Assembly: GCF_006345805.1 (NCBI RefSeq)
Contig: NC_043003.1
Span: forward strand, 105,462,001 to 105,526,000
Direction: 5' to 3'
DNA: 64,000 nucleotides
DNA from: Octopus sinensis
Lineage: Eukaryota
Shown: positions 33,518-46,874 of the stretch, in pieces
How positions within the stretch are numbered: position 1 is the stretch's first letter
Layout: each line of letters starts with the position of its first letter
Translations under genes and position numbers: made by a program
Notes under the pieces: generated by a model
The model's input: the letters and a program-made list of their open reading frames with translations, nothing else
Database searches by the model: none
What the model was told of the DNA's origin: nothing

Positions 33518-35795
33518 CACTGGTGAACAATATTAAATGCATTATACTCATTATGAATGCAAACCATCATTTTTAGACTAATTTTTCACTCCATTTGTAT
33601 GCAGCATGTATCAGGTTTTCAGTAGATATATGCAAATATTTACATAATTGTATATATGAAATCATTAGCATAATAAATAAGGACATGTTATTTTCAGAGT
33701 GTAAATGAGTTTATTGAGTTAAAAATCCTCACTATCGTTCTACAAAGAGTGAATGCACAGAAAATGGGTCAGACAAAAGAGACAAAGTTAGAACAACAGA
33801 GTTAGAAACAGTGTGATTTGGATTTTCTGCAGTGTACCTGATCTGTTTGATCATGGTAAAGTGTCCAGCAGTAGTTAGCCAGCATACTGTTATTCCAAGA
33901 AGCCTTGGAGCTGTTTCTCCACAGCACTAATGTCCTGGTGAAATCTTTCACTATGTTCATCAGACACTGCTTTATATTTGTGAAGAAATCCGAATGGGAG
34001 TCCAAAAAGTGAACTTTCAGTGACATGCAACAACATATTGCTGAGTGACATTTCAGAAGATTCTTGATGCCATCCTTGTTGCCCAAGAAATTCTCACAGA
34101 TCCAATTGGATACATTCCAGGCAGGCAGTTCCAGTTCCTCAAGTGTTATCTTGAAGTTGGCATCTTTGAGTACTTCTCTAATTTGGGGTCCGACAAAGAT
34201 ACCCTCTTTCAACTTTGCCTGTGTGATTTTGGGTAACCTTTCTACAATATACTCAAACCCTCTGGCATTTCTCTTCCCTGGTGTCTTTACAAAGATTTTC
34301 ATCAGTCCAAGCTTTATGTGCAAAGGAGGCAATAGGACATTACATGCATCTACAAGAGGTGTATTCTTGATGCTAGACAGTCCTTATCTGTCAGTTTGAC
34401 AATTCTGCTGTTGATGCACTTGTTCTTGTCTGCCAATTTGATTCCGAATAATGTCTGTCAGTTTCCCGACTGCATTCCCATTAACATTTCAATGACTTTT
34501 AAATCTTCACATATTTTCCATGAGTGTCTTTCATAGGCAATGGCATGAAGTAAAAGTTCCATATTCTCATATAATTCATGAAGATCAACACCATGTACAA
34601 TAGGAATTGAGGGCTTCTAATTACCATTATGGAGACGTACAGCTTTTAAACTTCATTTCGAAGAGTCAATAAACAAACGCCACTCTGTAGGATCATGATT
34701 TTGTGATAAACAATCGAAAAGTCCATCAATGTTACTGCAAAAGCAAAACAGGCCTTCAACATAAAAACACATTTGTAGAACCACATTTCTCTGCTGGAAA
34801 TAAGTTTTATGAACACCGTGCTCTAGCAGATACTTCTTCAGTCTTGATGCCAACAGTTCTGCTTTATCTTTTGAGAGGGATAGGTCTCTGACAAAGTCAT
34901 TCAGTTCAGCTTGGGAAAATTTCTGAGGTTTAAAGCTATTGTCATCAGCCATGTAATCTTCCTTGGTAGCACTATCGTGACAGTCAGCATCATCATCTGA
35001 TGTTTCAATGCCATCATCTGGTGGAACTGGAATTGGCAGACTTCCATTGTGAGGCACAGGTCTCATTGCAGAATCCAAATTGGGATACACAATTTTGTGT
35101 TTATTCTTCATAGAAACTCCTGTGATACTTACTTTGCAAAAATAATGGCCTTTTGGCTCCCTCCATACCATTGGAATGGCAAAAGGCATGGACTTCTTAT
35201 TGAACTAGTCACATAAGCCATTTGAGCTAGCTGAGCAGATAAAAAGTGGTGTCCAAGAGGACAGTCAAAGTATAGATTGTAAATCTTCTTGATCTCTGGT
35301 GCTATTGTACGTTTTTGAGGTTTCACAATAAATTGTCCACAGACACAATAAAACACATCAGGATGATTTCAACACTGTCTTGGCATTGTTAACACTGTAC
35401 AACAAGTAAGGAAACAGATACAAACGGTTATACTTATATTGAATTTGAGATGATGAAATATTTCATCAGACCAATTATGACTGGACAATTTGAGATGTTG
35501 AGATACCTATTTCATCAGACAAAACTTGATTAGTTAATTTAAGATGATGAAATATTGCATCTGAACTATGCAGCAATGAATAATGTGGTTTATTTTAAAA
35601 GTATGTTTCCTAGATGTAAATGAAATACATACATACACGTCATTAATTGGAATTTCTATATAATGCATGAGCTATAACCAAAAAACTTTCTCATCTTGAA
35701 AACTATACATGATGTTAAAAACTAATTGTATATTTGAAATCAGAATAAAAAACTACACTAAGCACACCTTGATGAAAAATACCTGTTGACTAGTG
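33518..35795 (-). mobile_element. Full-length but decayed Chapaev3-like (CMC) DNA transposon
   Basis: TAA|CACTGGTGAACA...TGTTGACTAGTG|TAA (10/12 TIR, 3-bp TAA TSD); frameshifted transposase FYCVCGQF, MPFAIPMVWREP, AELNDFVRDLSLSK, PPLHIKLGLMK, LANYCW. Confidence 0.85.
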
Positions 35796-36339
35796 TAATC
35801 AGTTGTTTATGAGTTTACAAAAGGTGAATCTGATGGGAGTTTCTCACGTGAAACTGGTCTTCAAACGGACATTTCACTGTTTAAATGCACACACACACAT
35901 ACATACATACAAACACTAACACATACCAACACACACATATGTCCATACATAAACATATAGAGAAATATACACATACATAAACATGTACACACACACACAC
36001 ACACACAGAAGCACAAATACACACATCCATGTATTTATTCACATATATTCATATATATATGTGTGTGTGTGTATGTATATATATATATATATATCTAAAT
36101 GTTAAATCCTCCTTCTTTCTTTCCTTTCCTGAGCGTCCAATAACACTATACTTGTGTTTTCTCTTTATATGTATATGTATATATATATATATATAATATA
36201 TATATATATACACACACACACCCAAACAAAAAAAGAGAATTAAGTGGATCAAGAATAAAGAAAAGGATCTACTTAATTCTCCGTCTCCCCTCCCCTTTTT
36301 TTGGTGTATATGTATGTATGTATGTATGTATATATATAT

Positions 36340-36690
36340 ATGTTAAACAGAATAAGATAACAAATCCAAGGCTGTGAGGAGATTTCAGGACATTTATAAT
36401 GAAATAGTCTAGAGGCTGCTATGATAGATTCAAAGTTGGGTGGGGTGGAATAGGATAGCTTCAGGTGGATCTATTAAAGATAGAGTAATATTGATGTTGA
36501 TGAGGGAAGTTGAAGTCCAGTATTTTAAAAAAGGATTTAGCTAAGTTCTTAACATTAAGTGAGAAGTGGGGTGTATACCATAGAATAGAGCATCCACCAC
36601 TTTTTTTGTTTTTTTGGTGTTTAGGGGTAGTGCTATCTATATTTTTGGAGAATGGAGGTGGGTAACATGGCCTGTTGTTGTTAGCTGTTT
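36340..36690 (-). mobile_element. Penelope-like (Naiad-type) fragment
   Basis: ILWYTPHFSLNVKNLAKSFFKILDFNFPHQHQYYSIFNRST is homologous to the 20319-20800 copy. Confidence 0.7.
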
Positions 36691-38949
36691 TAGTATGCAT
36701 GTGTGAATATATGTCAATGACTACAAAGATATGTGTGTTTGTGTTTCTCTGTGTGTATGTATGTGTAAGGTTTTATGTGTGTGTACATTTTTATAAACTC
36801 ACACACACAAATGCAAGAACAACTTTGGTTCACTTCTCAGCAGCACAGTCTCAGGTTCCAGCCTCCTGCACAGCATCTTCAGCAAAGCTTCAGGTTGACC
36901 AATATTTCATGAATTTATTGCATATTTGACAAGAGTGAGTACAGAAATATATGAATTTAGCTGAAAACCAAGAGAATCTGGTGGGAGAAAGTTCAGAGTG
37001 ATTTGGTGTAAAATCACTCAGTAATGCTGTTGATGAGATGGAAGAGAATTCAAATGGACCTTCATATTGGTTCAGCCTAGATAGATAAGTAAAATCCATG
37101 AGATCTCTAGTGAAACCCTCACAAGTAATGAGTTGGAAAGTGAAGGTAGTTCTTTACAGCTGTTTCTGGGGTGAGGTGTTCATTAGAAGCAGTTACATGG
37201 ATTGTGTTAACATATACATAAAGTAGATCAGTGCAATTTACACTAGATGAACCAGCACAGGTGTAAATTATGCAAACAACCGAACCTGTTGTTAGAAGAG
37301 AAATAAACTTATGCTGTGAGATTGTAATATATATAAAGAGATATAAATAGATAGGTAGTCTAATCAGATAAAGGCAAGGATATTAATGTAATAGACATTA
37401 TATTGTTGGAAAAGAATAAAAGACAAACAAGAAATGATGGACGAAGATAATAGAAAAATGTTGAAAAGAAAGAGAAAGAATCTGAATTGTTGAATGCATG
37501 AATGCAGGAGCATGTTCAGATGGATCTGAATCCAACAGAACAGAACACCATGAAAGACTGTCAGAACAAAAACCAAACATTGGCTGCAAGTGGGTCAGCA
37601 GGTTATGAATGGTGAGATATAGTTAAAGATGTTGCAAGTTTTAATCAACCTGAGTTTGCAGGGTGAAAATTTATTTCAACAAAATGAAATGCTGTATTCA
37701 GCTGTTGTTTAATCTTTGAGTGTTTGTGTATGAAATGTGCAGACGAAATGCAGAGAAGAGAGAGCATATATAATAAAAAAGCAGAGAAAAGAAATTTTTT
37801 TTTCTGTATTTGTGCATGCATAAAAAGCAACATGTCTCCATTTAAAAAATAAAGGTGTGTCCATGTATGAACAATGGAAATGCAGAATAAAAAGGTACGC
37901 AATACGAAAAAATATGTAACCAAGATGGAGATGACAAACCCATTCATATACAGAAATAATCAGTTGCCAGGAATTTGAGGGAGATGCAAAAAATATAGAG
38001 AATTCATTCAGTTTGTGTCATCTCCTGTTGTTTTTTAAATGATTGTTAACTGCAATTCTGTGTGGAACGTGGTGTGGAGATACCTGCTGAAAAATGTAAT
38101 GATACAGGTGGGTCGGCTTGACGAGGTGATAAAGTGGCCTCTCACTCAATGTGAGTCTTCTTCAGGTGATTGATGCTGCTAGCATCCAGAGTGAAGTACT
38201 TGGGTGTTCTGGTTAGAACTATGAAAGGACTTCATGAAGTGGTTGATGTTGTATGAACAAGAAACAACAAATGGCAGATAGGACATGTAGCGCCACAGAT
38301 GGTGGATGGAGTTCAATGGATTCAGGAAATTTTGAGGTGAGGCAAGGCCGATCATTTGACCAGATAGCACCAATGTTGTGCCTTGTACAAAATTGACTAA
38401 TGTAGAACCAATTCCTTCTGTGAGAGTGGAATGAATTCCAAGGATAAGAGGCGAGTATTTCAGCCAAATGCTCAGTTGTTGGTGGAATCACTTGAACATG
38501 CCATTAGCTACATCAAGAGAAATGTCTGTTTCCAGCCAACAAGTATCAGTTCTGTTGACAGTTTGATTCAAACTGGTGCCCTCTCTCTGTTGTGAACTAG
38601 CACTTTAGCAATAGTTTCTGGCCATAGTACCTGACAGAGGGATGGCTTCAGATGGTCAATGAGAAAACCAATCTATGCAAGTCAAAAGGTATGTAAAGTT
38701 TTGAGAAGTGGGCAGTGGTGCTACACAACCAATAAGTACATGCTGAAAGCAAGCATCAGGTGTTGTGTAAGTGTCCAGGGGTGATTTAGCATGGTGATAA
38801 GCTTTTGTCTTGTGACAATGGACGTAATTCCTGGCCCATTTCCTGGTATGTTTGTCGATTTTTGTGGTGGGTGATTTAGTATTACTCTCCGATCAAATAA
38901 GCCAAGCAGAAACCCTTCCCCATAGACTAAGATTCAGCCAAAGTATTAG

Positions 38950-39590
38950 TCCATGCTAACTCAAACAAAACAGAATATACAAGCTTTAATCAAAAGGGAA
39001 CAATTAAAACAGTATCTGGTACACCTCTCAACTGTGTTGAAGAATTCATTTATCAAGGTAGCAAAATCTCCAGCAGCAAAGGGACAAATGCATTGGTAAA
39101 GTCCAGGTTCCATTGACAAGTTATCCCTAGTGAGGAAATCTAAGACTTCCAGACAACACGAAAAGGAACCTCTTCCAAGCAATTGTTACCAATGTTCTGT
39201 TGTATGGATGCTCGGCACAGATCCTTACTTCAAAATTGGAAAGAAGATTGGCTGGAACATATACTTGTATGCTAAGAGTGGCTTCGAAAGTCGCCTGAAG
39301 AGATTGTCTGACCAATGAGCAATTGTATGGGAACTTTCATCCAGTATCAGACATCATCAAAGAGTGTAGATTTACAGATTCACAGGACATTACTGGAGAG
39401 CTAAATTGTTAGCGAAGTGCTTTTGTGGGAGCCTAAACGAGGAAGAAACAGCAGAGAATGGCAAGCCAAGATCTATATGAGCAGATTTGTGATGACACAA
39501 GCTGCAATTCCTCTGACCTGTCAAATTTGGTGAACAATAGAATTGGATGGCACCAGAGAGTCACAGAAGTGACCAGATGATGATGATGTT
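38950..39590 (+). mobile_element. Decayed RTE-like LINE 3' fragment nested in the Gypsy
   Basis: LNCVEEFIYQGS..., NLFQAIV.NVLLYGC..., LAGTYTCMLR; ends ...gaccagatgatgatgatg. Confidence 0.6.
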
Positions 39591-40604
39591 ACCAGTCCAC
39601 ACAAAAGACAGATATCAACTTCAAGGTGGAGTTGGAACCAGGTGGTGAGCCAAGGAAACTGAATGTCTGTGTTTCTGTGATACACAGGGATGTTTGTGAC
39701 CGACAGAGATGTCATCCTATATATAATCACGAGAAGAAGACAGAAGGAGTTTGAAAGTTAAAAAAGATGAATTTTGAAAATTAGGATGACCAATATAAAA
39801 GAGTCAGTTAATAACTTCTTGAATTTTAAGAAAGGCAGCAAACTCTGCATCATTGAAAGTAATGGGTTGGTTCTTATGTGAACGGTTGCGTGAGAGGTTG
39901 AAGGTGTTTCACACAATATGAAATAAATCAACGATGGAATTTGATCAAGCTGAGAACCTCTCTTAGTTTACTCAGCTATGTAGGTACAGGTGTTAAGAGG
40001 ATGAATGCCTTCTTTATCAAAATGATGTTTCCAGGAAATCTAGAGAAGAAACCCCAAAAGGGTATTTCCTGGGGTTGGTGATGACACCGTATTCAGAAAT
40101 ACAATTGTAAAGAAACTGCAGATGCTTCTCCTGTCTGTCTTCAATTGCAAAGGTTACTGGCAGATCAGTGACAGATGCATAGAAGAATGGTAATCTGTGA
40201 ACTATATTATTGATGAAATGCTGGAAGGTTGATGAAGCACTGTGTAAACCAAAAGGCATCCTGAGGAATTCAAAAAGCCTAAAAAGTCAGTTTCATGGGT
40301 ATTTGAGAATTAGCATGGATGAGGTTAATTTTTGAAGACTCTCTAGCACCATGCAGAGTGGAAGAAAAGTCCTGTATATGAGGCACAAGGTACTTGATGG
40401 GTCCCATACATATGTTATCAATTGCTGTTAGGTGGATGCATTATGCTTAGTTCTAACATGTGTTCAAACTCTGCTTTGGCACTCTTAGCATGATTAGGAG
40501 CAAGTTGCTGGAAATGAGAAACCACTGGAGGTCCTTTTGTAATGATTTGGAGAGTCAAAGAGTGAGTCACAAGATAGTTTTGGAAAATAGGGCAAGAGAT
40601 ATTG

Positions 40605-40875
40605 GAATCATCATCATCAGCGTTTAACATCCTTCTTCCATGCTGGCGTGGGTGGATGGTTTGACAGGAGCCTGCACCAGACTTCTGTGTCAGTTTTGGC
40701 AGGGTTTTTACAGCTAGATGCCCTTCCTGACAACAACCACTCCGTAGAGTGGACTGAGTGCTTTTTACATGGCACAAGCACAAGCGAGGTCAGTTTTGGC
40801 AAGGTTTTTACGGCTGGATGCCCTTCCAAATGCCAACCACTTTACAGTGTGAAGTGGATGCTTTTTAAGTGGCAA
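40605..40875 (-). mobile_element. RTE 3' fragment with 100-bp dimer, nested in the Gypsy
   Basis: Same acaagcacaagcgaggtcagttttggcaagg junction as the 2099-2940 array. Confidence 0.8.
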
Positions 40876-41972
40876 AATGGCATCATACTTTCTTGGACAA
40901 AAAGGGTTCAAGAACAGGACCTCAAGTGTTAATGCCATGACCATTTAGACCAGCGGTGGAATCAACTAGAAGACCATAATGATGCAAAAACTCAGCATGA
41001 AGAATCACAGTTGGCACTTAAGTGATGATGAAGACTTTGTGGAACATTCCCCAAAGATCAATTCCCCAGAGTAAGCAAGTTCTCTCTGAAAGTTGCAATT
41101 GGGAAGTAGTTAATGGACTGGAAGAAAACTGTCCTCTTGTCACATTGCACCATGGTAGATGGTCGGGTGCCAGTCTCTGCCCCAGAAAATGAGCACCAGT
41201 TGATTGGTCAAGAATACAGAAGAGGTGACTAGGAGGAGGTACTAGGTGCAATCGCTGCTGTTAATTCTTGGTTGCACCATTTCGTGGATGGGAACTTTCT
41301 TGGCAGCATCAGGATGACAAACATCTGTGGTCATTGTTATAGAACCTGCAATGGTATCAGCACATTGAGGAAACTGTCTGATCGACAGCTGGATTCCAAG
41401 GATACTCACACCATGATTGATGGTTGCAATGGCTTGCTTGAATCTGTATCTGAGCACATTTAACTGCTTGTGCTTGGCTACCAGCTGAGCTTGAAGGACA
41501 ACTAACTCAGAGCAAGAAGGGGAAGGAGGAGAAGAGGGAGGAGGAGAAGGGGGGAGGAGAAGGGGGGAGGAGAAGGGGAAGGAGGAAAAGGGGAAGAGAC
41601 AAAAGAAGAAAATGAAGAAGAGTTTACCTAATTGGTTGATGTGACATGGGCCACAGGCGATAATGGTGTGGTAACCATTGAAATACTGCCAGCCAGATCT
41701 GTCAACAGTTCTAAGGATATGAAGCTCTTTGAGAGGAGCATAATGCAGTCCTTGGATCATAAAACCCCCATCATACTGTCCAACCCATGCCAGCATGGAA
41801 TACGAACATTAAGTATCAATGACGATGATGATGATAATGATAATGATGATGACGATGATGATGATGAAGATATATATATATATGTATTTGTATTTATACA
41901 TAGACATATTTATATACATATTTAAATGTATATTTATATATATGCATACATACATGCATATATATATACATA

Positions 41973-43228
41973 TTAGGTTGTCTCACATGAAATGTCATAT
42001 TATAAATGGGTTTCTTGTGAGTCATCTATAAATGGATTTTTAATGAGTTTCTATGTATCTGCTTGTGTTTCCTCTTAACAATTTTTCTTTCTAGACAATA
42101 CTATTATTCAAAATTGCAATCCACAGCTCTTATGACAATGGTGACAACCGAACAATACCGAGTGATTTTATTGTATGAATACAAGTTGGGTCAGTCTGTC
42201 ACCAAAGCTCTACGAAACATCAAGTGGGATTTTGGTAACAATTCCGTTGACATTAGAGCTGTTCAGAGATATGGTTCCAAAGATTTCGTTCAGGAAATGA
42301 AAGCCTTAAAAAATGAACCAAAAGGGAGACCAAAATCAGTTATTTGGCATAATGAACTGAATGCTTTGGTTAAACAAAATCTGAGAACAATGGTCTGAAA
42401 AATTGGATCAGAGCTCCAGACATCTCCTGAAACTGCTTCTCGACACTTGAAGAAAATTGGAAAAGTCAAAAAGATGAATAAGTTTGTTCTCCATCAGCTT
42501 AAAGAGATTCAAAGAAACAGACACCTTACAGTGTGTTCCAGGTTGATTTCTTGGTTGGAAAGAGAACCATTTTTATATCGACTCATTACGTGTGATGAGA
42601 AATGGATACTCTTCGATAACAGCAGGAGGACAGGACAGTGGTCAGATGCAGGAGAGTCACCAGAACACAATCCAAAACCACCATTGCACCTTAAAGATTT
42701 GATGGTCGCTCTATGGTGGTCAACCAAGGATGTTATTCATTATTCATTTTTGCAACAAGGAAAAACTGTAACAGCAACATCCTATTGTCAGGAAACTGAT
42801 TGTATGCATGAAAAATTAAAAAAGAAGCGACCCAGATTAGTGAACAGAGATGGCCCAATTTTGCTTCATGATAATGCACAGCTTCACACTTCTCAAGCTA
42901 CGGTCCACAAGTTGCAAAGCCTGAATTATGAAATTTTGGTACATCCTCTTTATTCTTCTGATATCACCCCCACTGGTTATCACATATTTAAACACTTTGA
43001 ACTTGCTAAGTGTAATAAAACATTCTTAAATACTTAAATAAAGCAGTTTATCAGTGTAAAAGATGACAAATTCTTTGAAGATGGAATATATGCCTTAAAG
43101 GAACGTTGGATGAAGGTCATAAATTAACAAGGATCATATTTTGATTAAATAAACAAATATTCTAACACTTAAAAAGCAATTTTAATGTTTCCTTTTACAA
43201 ATGTGACATTTCATGTGAAACAACCTAA
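41973..43228 (+). mobile_element. Full-length decayed mariner (DD34D type)
   Basis: 28-bp TIRs TTAGGTTGTYTCACATGAAATGTCAYAT with TA flanks; ITCDEKW, LLHDNAQLH, YSSDITPTGYHIF; stops and frameshifts. Confidence 0.92.
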
Positions 43229-43230
43229 TA

Positions 43231-43261
<31 letters not shown>

Positions 43262-43518
43262 TATATATATATATATATACGTTTAAATATGACCATTCCG
43301 AAATATAACAATATATATATATATATAACAATCTGAAGATTTCTCTTGAATGAAACAGTTCTAGTCCTGTAGAAGCTCCTTCTATCTAATAAATTATTTT
43401 ACTCTGCTATGTATTGAGTACCTTATTTACTGTGGTTAAACCCGAATCAACCCGGGACCTACATATATATATATATATATATATATAATAATATATATAT
43501 GTATATATATATATATAA

Positions 43519-43561
<43 letters not shown>

Positions 43562-44637
43562 AATATGTATAGTATATGTATACACTCATGCACACATATA
43601 CATACCACATGTCTGCATGTGTGCATATACATATATACATACACTCTTTATATGTACGCATGCACACAACCATTTTTGTGTTAGTTATTGTCAATGAATA
43701 TATATATGTTCTTTTATTCTTTTACCTGTTTCAGCCATTTGACTGTGGCCATGCTGGAGCACATATATATATTTTATAAGGGTATAATGTACTCATTCAT
43801 CAATTAAAAAAATTACTTGGAAACAGCTGTAATGAACTGACGCCTATCCATCATTTGTCATATATATATATACACATATATATACATACACCCACACACA
43901 CAGACACACATACAATATACATGATGTGTGTACACAACATCTTTTTCTTTCTTTAGAATTATTTGTAAATAGCCATGGTAGCTGTGGAGAGCAAAGAAAG
44001 AGAAGAGGAGTCGAAAGCCTTTCGTTGGTGTCGGGGGAAGAAGCGGGGTCGTAATTATTAATGCTGTAGAGTTGATGCAGTACAACAGGTCAAGCTGAAT
44101 TTAACGAGGAGCATGAGGGAAAAAAATCAATCAATTTATCCTTGTATGAATAACAAAATATATTATGCTGTTATTGTATTGTATCTGTTCACTAGTAATG
44201 AGGCAACATGTTGTTTTCTATACACCGGAGAATGAATATCTTTTTTTCTTTACAGAAAATCAAGTAAATCTTGAATGAGGAATAACTGTGAAAACAGCTC
44301 AGAAGATTGGGTAAATACCCTTAGAAGATGACTAAAATTGGTCTGCAAGTCCCACAAAGAATCAAATCCTTTACCTCTCAAATTCCAGCATTATAAACGA
44401 CAGGATCTGTTGTGAGGAGTCTCTCAGCTTAATGGTACGGAGCTCTCAGCCAGGATTTCAGAATTACAGAATCAGATTCTCTGTACTGACTTGCTGGTCA
44501 CTCTTTTTCTGTCTTCCAAGAGATTATTTACTTAATCTTCTGTCTTCCAAGAGGTTATTTACTTAATCTTCTCAGCTGTTTTCACAACCATCCTGCATTT
44601 CAGAATTCCTTTATTTTCTGTAAAATACCAACCCACA

Positions 44638-44675
<38 letters not shown>

Positions 44676-45102
44676 TTAACGTCCGTTTTCTGTGCTAACA
44701 CGGGTTGGACGGTTCGACCGGGGATCTGGGAAGCCAGGAGGCTGCACCAGGCTCCAGTCTGATCTGGCAGTGTTTCTACAGCTGGATGCCCTTCCTAATG
44801 CCAACCACTCCGTGAATGTAGTGGGTGCCTTTTACGTGCCAGGGGAGGCTGGCAGCGGCCACAATCGGTTGGTGCTTTTTACGTGCCCTCATATATATAT
44901 ATTTTTTATTTAGAGACTCTTATAATGGGGATAAAGAATAAATATAGAGAAAAACAATTTGTTTTAAATCTCTGACTGAGAGATATACAGTAACAGTACT
45001 GAATAGTACAGTTTGTTTGCCAACAGAATGTGGCAGTCCTATACAAGGACATTGTTACTGTTCATTATTTACATTGTTTACATTTGATAGATATTTGTCC
45101 TC

Positions 45103-45169
45103 ATATGGCGTAGTGGTCAAGAGCGCAGGCTACTAACCCCATGATTCCAAGTTTGATTCCAGGCAGTGA

Positions 45170-45239
<70 letters not shown>

Positions 45240-45427
45240 AACAACAACAACAACAACATCGAAAAATACCTTAGGAATGAGAACCCAGGTTCGAAATTTC
45301 CCCAAGACACCTGATGAAGGCTGGAGGGTATATCAGCCGAAAAGTTGTGTTAACAACAAACATGAGGAGGACAAATATCTGTCAAATGTAAATAATGTAC
45401 ATAATTCCTCATCTCTTAAATATAGAA
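45103..45427 (+). mobile_element. tRNA-headed SINE-like element containing a minimal hammerhead ribozyme and a Penelope-like tail
   Basis: A box tggcgtagtggt, B box gtttgattcc; (AAT)(GAT)(AAC) tract; gacac-CTGATGA-aggctg..cagcc-GAAA-agtt-gtgtt at 45306-45351; 39-bp inverted copy of the tail at 45064-45102. Confidence 0.7.
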
Positions 45428-46342
45428 TGATGTTAATGTTGTTTTAGCCCCAGGAAAACATCTTTTCAAGCTGGCTATCCTAGGGCTAAAACCAACCACT
45501 TTACAGAGTGTACTGGGTGCTTTTTATTTGGTTCTGGCAATAGTGAGGTCACTGACTAACTCACAAGACAAGATCCCTTAACTGAGATGGGGAGTAGCAT
45601 TGAGGGGGACCACTTTATGCCAGGTGATGAGCGGTTAAAGTATGATAAAGGGAAAGAAACAGGTACCTTGCAGTAGAGGAGATATATGGCTACCCCAGTT
45701 GGAAAAGGATAGAAGCTGGTGGGGAAGTGTCAGAATGTATTCTCAGCTTATAGGAAGGTGACCATAAGACAAGTGGACCAAAGGATTGGACAGGATGACT
45801 GGATATATCCTGTCCACAAGAGTGTGAGTGGCAGATGATGGATAAAGATAGGGATAGAGGTGAGTGCAGAGATTGTTGAAGACAAGTGGAGACATATTTG
45901 ATGGTGAATACCAGATGCTTTGTGGAGGAGAGAAGGTGGAGGCACCAGGAGGTAGAACAGATGATGCGAAGTTTTGGTGGTGTGTTTGTGTCAGAAATAA
46001 TAATAATTATTATGAATTATGGAATTATGGAATTGGTGGAGCGACAAACTAAGATGCCTTGTGATATTTTGTTTCATATTTTGTTTTGAGTTCAAAACCT
46101 GTTTAGTTCAAATTTGCCTTTCACCTTTCTAGGATCAATAAAAACAAGTACCAGTCATATATTTAGGTCAAGTTAACTGACTGTAGCCCTCTGAAATCTG
46201 AAAAGCAGTGAATTGGACGATCTTTGATTTTGTCTTTTATCCATGAGATTTATAAATTAAATACCAGTTAAATAATGAAGTTGGTATAATCAACTCTACA
46301 CTATCACAAAACTGATGGTTTTGTGTGTTTATGCTAAAAATT

Positions 46343-46785
46343 ATTATTATTATTGAGTGAGAGTGCAATGCATGCCATCAAATTGACATTGGGGTACAAA
46401 AGGGTACAACAGGCACATACAGCACAATCATATGTGCGCAACATGGTGATTTCATATCAAGATAAACAGTGCATAACCTGGAAGATGGAACCCAGTTAGA
46501 ATTTTCTTCAGGTTGAGTAGCCCATCACACTGAAAAGATCTCTGAATAAGGTTTGTTTAAGGATGATGAACGAAACACCCAGGTTTCCAGAGGTGAATTG
46601 TTCAAACCTACCAAAGAATTCCTCTCAACACATGGTTATGATGTTCCCCCAGTGTTTCTGCTTGTGATCAGAGATGCATATATCGTCAGCCACCAAGGGA
46701 CATGCTCAACTGGTTAAGGTCAAGCGACTGACAAGCAAATCTGTGGTATTGAGCAGAATATTGGCTGTAGCCCATTTTCCATACC

Positions 46786-46787
<2 letters not shown>
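46343..46787 (-). mobile_element. Non-coding interspersed repeat with (AAT)n tail (probable non-autonomous retroposon)
   Basis: Discrete GC-richer block bounded by (TTA)n tracts; no ORF; family not assigned. Confidence 0.45.
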
Positions 46788-46846
<59 letters not shown>

Positions 46847-46874
46847 TATTATTATTATCATTATTATTTAAGGT

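Larger units (their letters stand above)
38080..41740 (-). mobile_element. Heavily decayed Ty3/Gypsy internal region (gag-PR-RT-IN), interrupted
   Basis: RT MPFGLHSASSTFQHFI (40017-40259), IITKGPPV..AKAEFEHML (~40450-40600), protease-like LFCILDQSTG, integrase tail VQGTTLVLSGQ and VKPTHL; no LTRs identified. Confidence 0.7.

Noticed and set aside
36461-36466. In-frame TGA in a Naiad-type fragment as selenocysteine
   Set aside because: It arises from a 1-bp deletion in the T-V-K-L-S-Y-S motif, not at a Cys position.
36830-37200. Coding exon in unique-looking sequence
   Set aside because: AG/GT pair present but all three frames contain stops.
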